64,000 nt of DNA from Eledone cirrhosa. Its lineage: Eukaryota. The position numbers and the translations under genes were made by a program. A model generated the notes under the pieces. It worked only from the letters and a program-made list of their open reading frames with translations, was not told where the DNA came from and searched no databases. The stretch covers positions 8,184,001 through 8,248,000 of the forward strand of contig OZ024744.1 in assembly GCA_964016885.1 (NCBI GenBank), read 5' to 3'. Of the stretch, positions 11,940 to 26,760 are shown piece after piece. Every line of letters begins with the position of its first letter. Position 1 is the stretch's first letter.

Positions 11940-14900
11940 GTGTGACACCATACCAGGTGGTTGATTGGTAGTATATGTAGAGGGTATGACACCATAATAG
12001 GGTGGTGGATTGGTAGTATAGGTAGAGGGTGTGACACCATACTAGGGTGGTGGATTGGTAGTATAGGTAGAGGGGGTGACACCATACCAGGTGGTTGATT
12101 GGTAGTATATGTAGAGGGTGTGACACCATACTAGGGTGGTGGATTGGTAGTATAGGTAGAGGGTGTGACACCATACTAGGGTGGTGGATTGGTAGTATAG
12201 GTAGAGGGTGTGACACCATACTAGGGTGGTAGAATGGTAGTTATGGTAGAGGGTGTGACACCATACTAGGGTGGTACATTGGTAGTATAGGTAGAGGGTA
12301 TGATACCATACTGGGGTGGTGTATTGGTAGTATAATTAGAGGGTGTGATACCATACTAGGGTGGTGAATTGGTAGTATAGGTAGAGGGTGTCATACCATA
12401 CTAGGGTGGTGTATTGGTAGTATAGGTAGAGGGTGTGACACCATTCTAGGGTGGTAGATTGGTAGTATAGTTAGAGGGTGTGACAACATACTAGGGTGGT
12501 GGATTGCTAGTATTTTGGGAGAGGGTGTGATACCAAACTAGGGTGGTCATTGGTAGTATAGGTAGAGGGTGTGAAAACATGTTAGGATGGTAGATTGGTA
12601 GTATAGGTAGAGGGTGTGACACCATACTAGGGTGGTGGATTGGTAGTGTTGGTAGAGGGTGTGACACCATACTAGGGTGGTGGATTGGTAGTATAGGTAG
12701 AGGGTGTGATACCATACTAGGGTGGTTGATTGACAGTATAGGTAGAGGGTGTGACAACATGTTAGCGTGGTGGATTGGTAGTATTGGTAGAGGATGTGAC
12801 ACCAAACTAGGGTGGTCATTGGTAGTATAGGTAGAGGGTGTGAAAACATGTTAGGATGGTAGATTGGTAGTATAGGTAGAGGGTGTGACACCATACTAGG
12901 GTGGTGGATTGGTAGTGTTGGTAGAGGGTGTGACACCACACTAGGGTGGTGGATTGGTAATATAGGTAGAGGGTGTGATACCATAATAGGGTGGTTGATT
13001 GACAGTATAGGTAGAGGGTGTGACACCATACTAGGGTGGTGGATTGGTAGTATTGGTAGAGGGTGTGACACCATACTAGGGTGGTGGATTGGTAGTATAG
13101 GTAGAGGGTGTGACACCATGTTAGGGTGGTGGATTGGTAGTATTGGTAGGGTGTGTGAAAACATGTTAGGATGGTAGATTGGTAGTATAGGTAGAGGGTG
13201 TGACACCATACTAGGGTGGTGGATTGGTAGTGTTGGTAGAGGGTGTGACAGCATACTAGGGTGGTAGATTGGTAGTATAGGTAGAGGGTGTGACAGCATA
13301 CTAGGGTGGTGGATTGGCAGTATAGGTAGAGGGTGTGACACAATACTAGGGTGGTGGATTGGTAGTATTCGTAGAGGGTGTGACACCATACTAGGGTGGT
13401 GATTGGTTGTATAGGTAGAAGGTGTGACACCATACTAGGGTGGTAGATTGGTAGTATAGGTAGAGGGTGTGACGCCATACTAGGGTGGTTGATTGGTAGT
13501 ATAGGTAGAGTGTGTGACACCATACTAGGGTGGTGGATTGGTAGTATTGGTAGAGGGTGTGACACCATACTAGGGGGGTAGATAGGTAGTATTGGTAGAG
13601 GGTCTGACACCATACTAGGGAGCTGGATTGGTAGTATAGTTAGAGGGTGTGACACCATACTAGGGTGGTAGATTGGTAGTATAGGTAGAGGGTGTGACAC
13701 CATACTAGGGTGGTAGATTGGTAGTATAGGTAGAGTGTGTGAGACCATTCTAGGGTGGTAGATAGGTAGTATTGGTAGAGGGTCTGACACCATACTAGGT
13801 AGGTGGATTGGTAGTATAGGTAGAGGGTGTGACACCATACTAGGGTGGTAGATTGGTGGTATAGGTAGAGGGTCTGACACCATGTTAGGATGGTGGATTG
13901 GTAGTATTGGTAGAGGGTGTGACACCATACTAGGGTGGTGGTTTGGTAGTATAGGTAGAAGGTGTGACACCATACTAGGGTGGTAGATTGGTAGTATAGG
14001 TAGAGGGTGTGACACCATACTAGGGTGGTAGATTGGTAGTATTGGAAGAGGGTGTGTCACCATGGTAGGCTGGTGGATTGGTAGTATAGGTAGAGAGTGT
14101 GATACCATACTAGGGTGGTGGATTGGGAGTATTTGTAGAGGGTGTGACACCATGTTAGGGTGGTAGATTGGTAGTATTGGTATAGGGTGTGACACCATAC
14201 TAGGTTGGTAGATAGGTAGTACAGGTAGAGCGTCTGACACCATATTGGGTGGTGGATTGGTAGTATAGGTAGAAGGTGTGACACCATACTAGGGTGGTGG
14301 ATTGGTAGTATAGGTAGAGGGTGTGACACCATACTAGGGTGGTGGATTGGTAGTATTGGTAGAGGGTGTGACACCATGTTAGGGTGGTGGATTGGTAGTA
14401 TAGGTAGAGGGTGTGACACCATACTAGGGTAGTGGATTGGTAGTATAGGTAGAGGGTGTGACACCATACTAGGGTGGTAGATTGGTAGTATAGGTAGAGG
14501 GTGTGACACCATACTAGGGTGGTAGATTGGTAGTATAGGTAGAGTGTGTGACACCATTCTAGGGTGGTAGATAGGTAGTATTGGTAGAGGGTCTGACACC
14601 ATACTAGGTAGGTGGATTGGTAGTATAGGTAGAGGGTGTGACACCATACTAGGGTGGTAGATTGGTGGTATAGGTAGAGGGTCTGACACCATGTTAGGAT
14701 GGTGGATTGGTAGTATTGGTAGAGGGTGTGACACCATACTAGGGTGGTGGTTTGGTAGTATAGGTAGAAGGTGTGACACCATACTAGGGTGGTAGATTGG
14801 TAGTATAGGTAGAGGGTGTGACACCATACTAGGGTGGTAGATTGGTAGTATTGGAAGAGGGTGTGTCACCATGGTAGGCTGGTGGATTGGTAGTATAGGT

Positions 14901-16480
14901 AGAGAGTGTGATACCATACTAGGGTGGTGGATTGGGAGTATTTGTAGAGGGTGTGACACCATGTTAGGGTGGTAGATTGGTAGTATTGGTATAGGGTGTG
15001 ACACCATACTAGGGTGGTAGATAGGTAGTACAGGTAGAGCGTCTGACACCATATTGGGTGGTGGATTGGTAGTATAGGTAGAAGGTGTGACACCATACTA
15101 GGGTGGTGGATTGGTAGTATAGGTAGAGGGTGTGACACCATACTAGGGTGGTGGATTGGTAGTATTGGTAGAGGGTGTGACACCATGTTAGGGTGGTGGA
15201 TTGGTAGTATAGGTAGAGGGTGTGACACCATACTAGGGTAGTGGATTGGTAGTATAGGTAGAGGGTGTGACACCATACTAGGGTGGTAGATTGGTAGTAT
15301 AGGTAGAGGGGGTGACACCATACCAGGTGGTTGATTGGTAGTATATGTAGAGGGTGTGACACCATACTAGGGTGGTGGATTGGTAGTATAGGTAGAGGGT
15401 GTGACACCATACTAGGGTGGTGGATTGGTAGTATAGGTAGAGGGGGTGACACCATACCAGGTGGTTGATTGGTAGTATATGTAGAGGGTGTGACACCATG
15501 CTAGGGTGGTGGATTGGTAGTATAGGTAGAGGGTGTGACACCATACTAGGGTGGTGGATTGGTAGTATAGGTAGAGGGTGTGACACCATACTAGGGTGGT
15601 AGAATGGTAGTATTGGTAGAGGGTGTGACACCATACTAGGGTGGTACATTGGTAGTATAGATAGAGGGTATGATACCATACTGGGGTGGTGTATTGGTAG
15701 TATAATTAGAGGGTGTGATACCATACTAGGGTGGTGAATTGGTAGTATAGGTAGAGGGTGTCATACCATACTAGGGTGGTGTATTGGTAGTATAGGTAGA
15801 GGGTGTGACACCATTCTAGGGTGGTAGATTGGTAGTATAGTTAGAGGGTGTGACACCATACTAGGGTGGTGGATTGCTAGTATTTTGGGAGAGGGTGTGA
15901 TACCAAACTAGGGTGGTCATTGGTAGTATAGGTAGAGGGTGTGAAAACATGTTAGGATGGTAGATTGGTAGTATAGGTAGAGGGTGTGACACCATACTAG
16001 GGTGGTGGATTGGTAGTGTTGGTAGAGGGTGTGACACCATACTAGGGTGGTGGATTGGTAGTATAGGTAGAGGGTGTGATACCATACTAGGGTGGTTGAT
16101 TGACAGTATAGGTAGAGGGTGTGACAACATGTTAGCGTGGTGGATTGGTAGTATTGGTAGAGGATGTGACACCAAACTAGGGTGGTCATTGGTAGTATAG
16201 GTAGAGGGTGTGAAAACATGTTAGGATGGTAGATTGGTAGTATAGGTAGAGGGTGTGACACCATACTAGGGTGGTGGATTGGTAGTGTTGGTAGAGGGTG
16301 TGACACCATACTAGGGTGGTGGATTGGTAATATAGGTAGAGGGTGTGATACCATAATAGGGTGGTTGATTGACAGTATAGGTAGAGGGTGTGACACCATA
16401 CTAGGGTGGTGGATTGGTAGTATTGGTAGAGGGTGTGACACCATACTAGGGTGGTGGATTGGTAGTATAGGTAGAGGGTG
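11940..16480 (+). repeat. Duplicated ~1.15 kb block at offset 3370 (~11940-13110 and ~15310-16480), each copy containing 134-bp and 269-bp tandem sub-duplications
   Basis: TACCAGGTGGTTGATT at 11951/15321 and AGAATGGTAG at 12231/15601. ORFs 12491..12805 and 15861..16175 are identical. Internal offsets are 12085/12219 (134) and 12547/12816 (269). Confidence 0.88.
13650..15300 (+). repeat. 809-bp tandem duplication (18 monomers, one of 44 bp)
   Basis: CCATTCTAGGGTGGTAGATAGG at 13745/14554. ORF starts 14243/15052 and ORF ends 14057/14866 are all offset by 809. Confidence 0.92.
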
Positions 16481-19400
16481 TGACACCATACTAGGGTGGT
16501 AGATTGGTAGTATAGGTAGAGGGTGTGACACCATACTAGGGTGGTAGATTGGTAGTATAGGTAGAGTGTGTGACACCATTCTAGGGTGGTAGATAGGTAG
16601 TATTGGTAGAGGGTCTGACACCATACTAGGGAGGTGGATTGGTAGTATAGGTAGAGGCTGTGACACCATACTAGGGTGGTAGATTGGTAGTATAGGTAGA
16701 GGGTGTGACACCATACTAGGGTGGTAGATAGGTAGTATTTGTAGAGGGTGTGACACCATGTTAGGATGGTGGATTGGTAGTATTGGTAGAAGGTGTGACA
16801 CCATACTAGGGTGGTGGATTGGTAGTATAGGTAGAAGGTGTGACACAATACTAGGGTGGTAGATTGGTAGTATAGGTAGAGGGTGTGACACCATACTAGG
16901 GTGGTGGATTGGTAGTATAGGTAGAGGGTGAGACAACATGTTAGGGTGGTGGACTGGTAGTATTGGTAGAGGATGTGACACCAAACTAGGGTGGTGGATT
17001 GGTAGTATAGGTAGAGGGTGTGACACCATACTAGGGTGGTAGATTGGTAGTATAGGTAGAGGGTGTGAAAACATGTTAGGATGGTAGATTGGTAGTATAG
17101 GTAGAGGGTGTGACACCATACTATGGTGGTGGATTGGTAGTATTGGTAGAGGGTGTGACACCAAACTAGTGTGTGGATTGGTAGTATACGTAGATGGTGT
17201 GACACCCTGTTAGGGTGGTGGATTGGTAGTATTGGTAGAGGGTGTGAAAACATGTCTGGATGGTAGATTGGTAGTATAGGTAGAGGGTGTGACACCATAC
17301 TATGGTGGTGGATTGGTAGTGTACGTAGAGGGTGTGACACCATACTAGGCTGGTAGATTGGTAGCATTGGTAGAAAATGTGTCACCATACTAGGGTGGTG
17401 GATTGGTAGTATTGGTAGAGGGTGTGACACCATGTTAGGGTGGTGGATTGGTAGTATAGGTAGAGGGTGTGACACCATAATAGGGTGGTGTATTGCTAGC
17501 ATAGGTAGAGGGTATGTCACCATACTAGGGTGGTGGATTGGTAGTATTGGTAGTGGGTCTAACACCATGTTAGGATGGTGGATTGATAGTATTGGTAGAG
17601 GGTGTGACACCATACTAGGGTGGTAGATTGGTGGTATAGGTAGAGGGTCTGACACCATGTTAGGATGGTGGATTGGTAGTATTGGTAGAGGGTGTGACAC
17701 CATACTAGGGTGGTGGTTTGGTAGTATAGGTAGAAGGTGTGACACCATACTAGGGTGGTAGATTGGTAGTATAGGTAGAGGGTGTGACACCATACTAGGG
17801 TGGTAGATTGGTAGTATTGGAAGAGGGTGTGTCACCATGGTAGGCTGGTGGATTGGTAGTATAGGTAGAGAGTGTGATACCATACTAGGGTGGTGGATTG
17901 GGAGTATTTGTAGAGGGTGTGACACCATGTTAGGGTGGTAGATTGGTAGTATTGGTATAGGGTGTGACACCATACTAGGGTGGTGGATTGGTAGTATAGG
18001 TAGAGGGTGTGACACCATACTAGGGTAGTGGATTGGTAGTATAGGTAGAGGGTGTGACACCATACTAGGGTGGTAGATTGGTAGTATAGGTAGAGGGTGT
18101 GACACCATACTAGGGTGGTGGATTGGTAGTATAGGTAGAGGGTGTGACACTATGTTAGGTTGGTGGATTGGTAGTATAGGTAGAGGGTGTGACACCATAT
18201 CACGTGGTGGATTGGTAGAATAGGTAGAGGGTGTGACAGCATACTAGGGTGGTGGATTGGTAGTATAGATAGAGGGTTGACACCATACTAGGGTGGTGGA
18301 TTGGTAGTATAGGTAGAGGGTGTGACACCATACTAGGGTGGTAGATTGGTAGTACAGGTAGTGGGCGTGACAGTATACTTGGGTGGTGGATTGGTAGTAT
18401 AGGTAGAGGGTGTGACACCATACTAGGGTGGTGGATTGGTAGTATAGGTAGAGGGTGTGAAACAATACTAAGGTGGTGGATTGGTAGTATTGGTAGAGGG
18501 TGTGACACCATACGTGTGTGGTGGATTGTCAGTATTGGTAGAGGGTGTGACAGCATACTAGGGTGGTAGATTGGTAGTATAGGTAGAGGGTGTGACAGCA
18601 TACTAGGGTGGTGGATTGGTAGTATAGGTAGAGGGTGTGACAGCATACTAGGGTGGTAGATTGGTAGTATAGGTAGAGGGTGTGACAGCATACTAGGGTG
18701 GTGGATTGGTAGTATAGGTAGAGGATGTGACACCATACTAGGGTGGTAGATTGGTAGTATAGGTAGAGGGTGTGACACCATACTAGGGTGATAGATAGGT
18801 AGTATTGGTAGAGGGTGTGACACCATGTTAGGCTGGTGGATTGGTAGTATAGGTAGAGGGTGTGACACCATACCAGGTGGTGTATTGGTAGTATAGGTAG
18901 AGGGTGTGACAGCATACTAGGGTGGTAGATTGGTAGTATTGGTAGAAGGTGTGACAGCATACTCTGGTGGTGGATTGGTAGTATAGGTAGAGGGTGTGAC
19001 ACCATACTATTATGGTGGATTGGTAGTATAGGTAGAGGGTGTGACACCATACTAGGGTGGTAGATTGGTAGTATAGGTAGAGGGTGTGACACCATACTAG
19101 GGTGGTGGATTGGTAGTATTGGTAGAGGGTGGGACACCATACTAGGGTGGTGGATTGGTAGTATAGGTAGAGGGTGTGACACCATACTATTATGGTGGAT
19201 TGGTAGTATAGGTAGAGGGTGTGACACCATACTAGGGTGGTGGATTGGTAGTATTGGTAGAGGGTGGGACACCATACTAGGGTGGTAGATTGTTAGTATA
19301 GGTATAGGGTGTGACACCATGTTAGGGTGGCTGATTGGTAGTATAGGTAGAGGGTGTGACACCATACTAGTATGGTGGATTGGTAGTATAGGTAGAGCGT

Positions 19401-22400
19401 GTGACACCATTCTAGGGTGGTGGATTGGTAGTATTGGTAGAGGGTCTGACACCATACTAGGGTGGTAGATTGGTAGTATAGGTAGATGGTGTGACACCAT
19501 ACTAGTGTGGTGGATTGGTAGTATAGGTAGAGGGTGTGACACCATAATAGTGTGGTGGATTGGTAGCATAGGTAGAGGGTGTGACACCATATTAGGGTGG
19601 TGGAGTGACAGTATACGTAGAGGTTGTGACACCATACTAGGGTGGTGGATTGGTAGTATTGGTAGGGGGTGTGACACCATGTTAGGGTGGTGGATTGGTA
19701 GTATAGGTAGAGGGTGTGTCAACATACCAGGTGGTTGATTGGTAGTAGATGTAGAGGGTGTGACATCATACTAGGGTGGTGGATTGGTAGTATAGGTAGA
19801 GGGTGTGACACCTACTAGAGTGGTGGATTAGTAGTATTGGTAGAGGGTGTGACACCATACTAGGGTGGTAGAATGGTAGTATTGGTAGAGGGTGTGACAC
19901 CATACTAGGCTGGTACATTGGTAGTATAGGTAGAGGGTGTGATACCATACTAGAGTGGTGTATTGGTAGTATAGGTAGAGGGTGTGATACCATACTAGGG
20001 TGGTGAATTGGTAGTATAGGTAGAGGGTGTCATACCATACTAGGGTGGTGTATTGGTAGTATAGGTAGAGGGTGTGACACCATTCTAGGGTGGTAGATTG
20101 GTAGTATAGTTAGAGGGTGTGACACCAAACTAGGGTGGTAGATTGGTAGTATAGGTAGAGGGTATGACACCATACTAGGGTGGTAGATTGGTAGTATAGA
20201 TAGAGGGTGTGACACCATAGCAGGTGATGGATTGGTAGTATAGGTAGAGGGTGCGACACCATAATAGAGTGGTGGATTGGTAGTATAGGTAGAGGGTGTG
20301 ACACCATAATAGGGTGGTGGATTGGTAGTAGTGGTAGGGGGCCTTACACCATACTAGTGAGGTGGATTGGTAGTATAGGTAGAGGGTGTGACACCATACT
20401 AGGGTGGTAGATTGGTAGTATTGGTAGAGAGTGTGACACCATACTAGGGTGGTGGATTGGTAGTATTGGTAGAGGGTGTGACACCATACTAGTGTGGTGG
20501 ATTGGTAGTATAGGTAGAGGGTGTGACACCATACTAGGGTGGTGGATTGGAGGTATAGGTAGATGGTGTGACAGCATACTAGGTTGGTGTATTGGTAGTA
20601 TAGGTAGAGGGTATGACACCATACTAGGGTGGTGGGTTGGTAGTATTGGTAGAGGGTGTGACACCATAATAGCTTGTTACATTGGTAGTATTGGTAGAGG
20701 GTGTGACACCATGGTAAGATGGTGGATTGGTAGTATTGGTAGAGTGTGTGACACCATACTAGGGTGGTGGATTGGTAGAGGGTGTGACACAATACTAGGG
20801 TGGTGGATTGGTAATATTGGTAGAGTGTGTGACACCATGTTAGGGTGGTGGATTGGTAGTATTGGTAGAGGGTGTGACACCATGTTAGGATGGTGGATTG
20901 GTAGTATAGGTAGAGTGTGTGACACCATGTTAGGGTGGCTGATTGGTAGTATTGGTAGAGGGTGGGACAACATACTAGTATGGTGGACTGGTAGTATAGG
21001 TAGAGGGTTTGACACCATTCTAGGGTGGTGGATTGGTAGTATAGGTAGAGGGTGTGATACCATACTAGGGTGGTGGATTGGTAGTATTGGTAGAGGGTCT
21101 GACACCATACTAGGGTGGTAGATTGGTAGTATAGGTAGATGGTGTGACACCATACTAGGCTGGTGGATGGGTAGTATAGGTAGAGGGTGTGACACCATAC
21201 CAGGTGGTGGATTGGTAGTATAGGTAGAGGGTGTGACACCATACTAGGGTGGTGGATTGGTAGTATAGGTAGAGGGTGTGACACCATACTACGGTGGTAG
21301 ATAGGTAGTATAGGTAGAGAGTGTGACATTATATCAGGCGGTGGATTGGTAGAATAGGTAGAGGGTGTGACCCCATAATAGTGTGGTGGATTGGTAGCAT
21401 AGGTAGAGGGTGTGACACCATATTAGGGTGGTAGAGTGACAGTATACGTAGAGGGTGTGACACCATACTAGGGTGGTGGATTGGTAGTATTGGTAGGGGG
21501 TGTGACACCATGTTTGGGTGGTGGATTGGTAGTATAGGTAGAGGGTGTGACACCATACCAGGTGTTTGATTGGTAGTATATGTAGAGCGTATGACACCAT
21601 ACTAGGGTGGTGGATTGGTAGTATAGGTAGAGGGTGTGACACCATACTAGCGTGGTGGATTGGTAGTATAGGTAGAGGGTGTGACACCATACCAGGTGGT
21701 TGATTGGTAGTATATGTAGAGGGTGTGACACCATACTAGGGTGGTGGATTGGTAGTATAGGTAGAGGGTGTGACACCATACTAGGGTGGTGGATTGGTAG
21801 TATAGGTAGAGGGTGTGGCACCATACTAGGGTGGTAGAATGGTAGTATTGGTAGAGGGTGTGACACCATACTAGGGTGGTACATTGGTAGTATAGGTAGA
21901 GGGTGTGATACCATACTAGGGTGGTGTATTGGTAGTATAGGTAGAGTGTGTGATACCATACTAGGGTGGTGAATTGGTAGTATAGGTAGAGGGTGTCATA
22001 CCATACTAGGGTGGTGTATTGGTAGTATAGGTAGAGGGTGTGACACCATTCTAGGGTGGTAGATTGGTAGTATAGTTAGAGGGTGTGACACCATACTAGG
22101 GTGGTGGATTGGTAGTATTGGGAGAGGGTGTGATACCATACAAGGGTGGTAGATTGGTAGTATAGGTAGAGGGTATGACACCATACTAGGGTGGTAGATT
22201 GGTAGTATAGATAAAGGGTGTGACACCATACCAGGTGATGGATTGGTAGTATAGGTAGAGGGTGTGACACCATACTAGGGTGGTGGATTGGTAGTATTGG
22301 TAGAGGGTGCGACACCATAATAGAGTGGTGGATTGGTTGTATAGGTAGAGGGTGTGACACCATACTAGGGTGGTGGATTGGTAGTAGTGGTAGGGGGCCT

Positions 22401-25400
22401 TACACCATACTAGGGTGGTGGATTGGTAGTATAGGTAGAGGGTGTGACACCATACTAGGGTGCTGGATTGACAGTATTGGTAGAGGGTGTGACACCATAC
22501 TAGGGTGCTGGATTGGTATTATTGGTAGAGGGTCTGACACCATACTAGGGTGGTGGCTTGTTACTATTGGTAGAGGGTGTGACACCATACTGGGGTGGTA
22601 GATTGGTAGTATTGGTAGATGGTGTGACACCATACTAGGGTGGTGGATTGGTAGTATAGGTAGAGGGTGCGACACCATACTAGGGTGGTGGATTGGTAGT
22701 ATAGGTAGAGGGTGTGACAACATGTTAGCGTGGTGGATTGGTAGTATTGGTAGAGGATGTGACACCAAACTAGGGTGGTCATTGATAGTATAGGTAGAGG
22801 GTGTGAAAACATGTTAGAATGGTAGATTGGTAGTATAGGTAGAGGGTGTGACACCATACTAGGGTGGTGGATTGGTAGTGTTGGTAGAGGGTGTGACACC
22901 ATACTAGGGTGGTGGATTGGTAGTATAGGTAGAGGGTGTGATACCATACTAGGGTGGTTGATTGACAGTATAGGTAGAGGGTGTGACACCATACTAGGGT
23001 GGTGGATTGGTAGTATTGGTAGAGGGTGTGACACCATACTAGGGTGGTGGATTGGTAGTATAGGTAGAGGGTGTGAAAACATGTTAGAATGGTAGATTGG
23101 TAGTATAGGTAGAGGGTGTGACACCATACTAGGGTGGTGGATTGGTAGTGTTGGTAGAGGGTGTGACACCATACTAGGGTGGTGGATTGGTAGTATAGGT
23201 AGAGGGTGTGATACCATACTAGGGTGGTTGATTGACAGTATAGGTAGAGGGTGTGACACCATACTAGGGTGGTGGATTGGTAGTATTGGTAGAGGGTGTG
23301 ACACCATACTAGGGTGGTGGATTGGTAGTATTGGTAGAGGGTGTGACACCATACTAGGTTGGTGGATTGGTAGTATAGGTAGAGGGTGTGACACCATACT
23401 AGGGTGGTAGATTGGTAGTATAGGTAGAGGGTGTGACACCATGTTAGGGTGGTGGATTGGTAGTATTGGTAGGGTGTGTGAAAACATGTTAGGATGGTAG
23501 ATTGGTAGTATAGGTAGAGGGTGTGACAGCATACTAGGGTGGTAGATTGGTAGTATAGTTAGAGGGTGTGACACCATACTAGGGTGGTGGATTGGTCGTA
23601 TATGTAGAGTGTGTGACACCATAATTGGGTGGTAGATTGGTAGTATAGGTAGAGGGTGTGACACCATGTTAGGGTGCTAGTTTGGTAGTATAGGTAGAGG
23701 GCGTGACACGATGTTAGGGTGTTAGATTGTTAGTATAGGTAGAGAGTGTGACACCATACTAGGGTGGTGGGTTGGTAGTATAGGTAGAGGGTGTGACACC
23801 ATACTAGGGTGCTGGATTGGTAGTATTGGTAGAGGATGTGACACCATACCAGGTGGTGGATTGTAGTATTGGTAGAGGGTGTGACACCATACTAGGGTGG
23901 TGGGTTGGTAGTATTGGTAGAGGGTCTGACACCATGTTAGGATGGTGGATTGGTAGTATAGGTAGAGGGTGTGACACCATTCTAGGGTGGTAGATTGGTA
24001 GTATAGTTAGAGGGTGTGACACCATACTAGGGTGGTGGATTGGTAGTATTTTGGGAGAGTGTGTGATACCAAACTAGGGTGGTAGATTGGTAGTATATGT
24101 AGAGGGTATGACACCATACTAGGGTGGTAGATTGGTAGTATAGATAGAGGGTGTGACACCATACCAGGTGATGGATTGGTAGTATAGGTAGAGGGTGCGA
24201 CAGCATAATAGAGTGGTGGATTGGTAGTATAGGTAGAGGGTGGGACACCATACTAGGGTGGTGGATTGGTAGTAGTGGTAGGGGGCCTTACACCATACTA
24301 GTGAGGTGGATTGGTAGTATAGGTAGAGGGTGTGACACCATACTAGGGTGGTAGATTGGTAGTATAGGTAGAGGGTGTGACACCATACTAGGGTGGTGGA
24401 TTGGTAGTATTGGTAGAGGGTGTGACACCATACTAGGGTGGTGGATTGGTAGTATTGGTAGAGGGTGTGACACCATACTAGTTTGGTGGATTGGTAGTAT
24501 AGGTAGAGGGTGTGACACCATACTAGGGTGGTGGATTGGAGGTATAGGTAGATGGTGTGACAGCATACTAGGTTGGTGTATTGGTAGTATAGGTAGAGGG
24601 TATGACACCATACTAGGGTGGTGGGTTGGTAGTATTGGTAGAGGGTGGGACACCATACTAGCTTGTTAGATTGGTAGTATTGGTAGAGGGTGTGACACCA
24701 TGGTAAGGTGGTGGATTGGTAGTATTGGTAGAGTGTGTGACATCATGTTAGGGTGGTGGATTGGTAGTATTGGTAGAGGGTGTGACACCATGTTAGGATG
24801 GTGGATTGGTAGTATAGGTAGAGTGTGTGACACCATGTTAGGGTGGCTGATTGGTAGTATTGGTAGAGGGTTGGACACCATACTAGTATGGTGGATTGGT
24901 AGTATAGGTAGAGGGTGTGACACCATTCTAGGGTGGTGGATTGGTAGTATAGGTAGAGGGTGTGATACCATACTAGGGTGGTGTATTGGTAGTATAGGTA
25001 GAGGGTGTGACACCATACTAGGGTGGTGGATTGGTAGTATAGGTAGAGGGTGTGGCACCATACTAGGGTGGTGGATTGACAGTATTGTTAGAGGGTGTGA
25101 AACCATACTAGGGTGGTGGATTGGTAGTATTGGTAGAGGGTCTGACACCATACTAGGGTGGTAGATTGGTAGTATAGGTAGATGGTGTGACACCATACTA
25201 GGTTGGTGGATTGGTAGTATAGGTAGAGGGTGTGACACCATACCAGGTGGTGGATTGGTAGTATAGGTAGAGGGTGTGACACCATACTAGGGTGGTGGAT
25301 TGGTAGTATAGGTAGAGGGTGTGACACCATACTACGGTGGTAGATAGGTAGTATAGGTAGAGAGTGTGACACCCTACTAGGTTGGTGGATTGGTAGAATA

Positions 25401-25719
25401 GGTAGAGGGTGTGACAACATAATAGTGTGGTGGATTGGTAGCATAGGTAGAGGGTGTGACACCATATTAGGGTGGTAGAGTGACAGTATACGTAGAGGGT
25501 GTGACACCATACTAGGGTGGTGGATTGGTAGTATCGGTAGGGGGTGTGACACCATGTTAGGGTGGTGGATTGGTAGTATAGGTAGAGGGTGTGATACCAT
25601 ACAAGGGTGGTGTATTGGTAGTATAGGTAGAGTGTGTGATACCATACTAGGGTGGTGAATTGGTAGTATAGGTAGAGGGTGTCATACCATACTAGGGTGG
25701 TGTATTGGTAGTATAGGTA

Positions 25720-26760
25720 GAGGGTGTGACACCATTCTAGGGTGGTAGATTGGTAGTATAGTTAGAGGGTGTGACACCATACTAGGGTGGTGGATTGGTA
25801 GTATTGGGAGAGGGTGTGATACCATACAAGGGTGGTAGATTGGTAGTATAGGTAGAGGGTATGACACCATACTAGGGTGGTAGATTGGTAGTATAGATAA
25901 AGGGTGTGACACCATACCAGGTGATGGATTGGTAGTATAGGTAGAGGGTGTGACACCATACTAGGGTGGTGGATTGGTAGTATTGGTAGAGGGTGCGACA
26001 CCATAATAGAGTGGTGGATTGGTTGTATAGGTAGAGGGTGTGACACCATACTAGGGTGGTGGATTGGTAGTAGTGGTAGGGGGCCTTACACCATACTAGG
26101 GTGGTGGATTGGTAGTATAGGTAGAGGGTGTGACACCATACTAGGGTGGTGGATTGACAGTATTGGTAGAGGGTGTGACACCATACTAGGGTGCTGGATT
26201 GGTATTATTGGTAGAGGGTCTGACACCATACTAGGGTGGTGGCTTGTTACTATTGGTAGAGGGTGTGACACCATTCTAGGGTGGTAGATTGGTAGTATAG
26301 TTAGAGGGTGTGACACCATACTAGGGTGGTGGATTGGTAGTATTGGGAGAGGGTGTGATACCATACAAGGGTGGTAGATTGGTAGTATAGGTAGAGGGTA
26401 TGACACCATACTAGGGTGGTAGATTGGTAGTATAGATAAAGGGTGTGACACCATACCAGGTGATGGATTGGTAGTATAGGTAGAGGGTGTGACACCATAC
26501 TAGGGTGGTGGATTGGTAGTATTGGTAGAGGGTGCGACACCATAATAGAGTGGTGGATTGGTTGTATAGGTAGAGGGTGTGACACCATACTAGGGTGGTG
26601 GATTGGTAGTATAGGTAGAGGGTGTGACACCATACTAGGGTGGTGGATTGACAGTATTGGTAGAGGGTGTGACACCATACTAGGGTGCTGGATTGGTATT
26701 ATTGGTAGAGGGTCTGACACCATACTAGGGTGGTGGCTTGTTACTATTGGTAGAGGGTGT
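25720..26760 (+). repeat. 539-bp tandem sub-duplication inside a HOR copy (second copy lacks one monomer)
   Basis: ORF ends 25762/26301 (offset 539); repeated GGGAGAGGGTGTGATACCATACAAGG, ATAGATAAAGG and GGCTTGTTACTATT markers. Confidence 0.85.
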
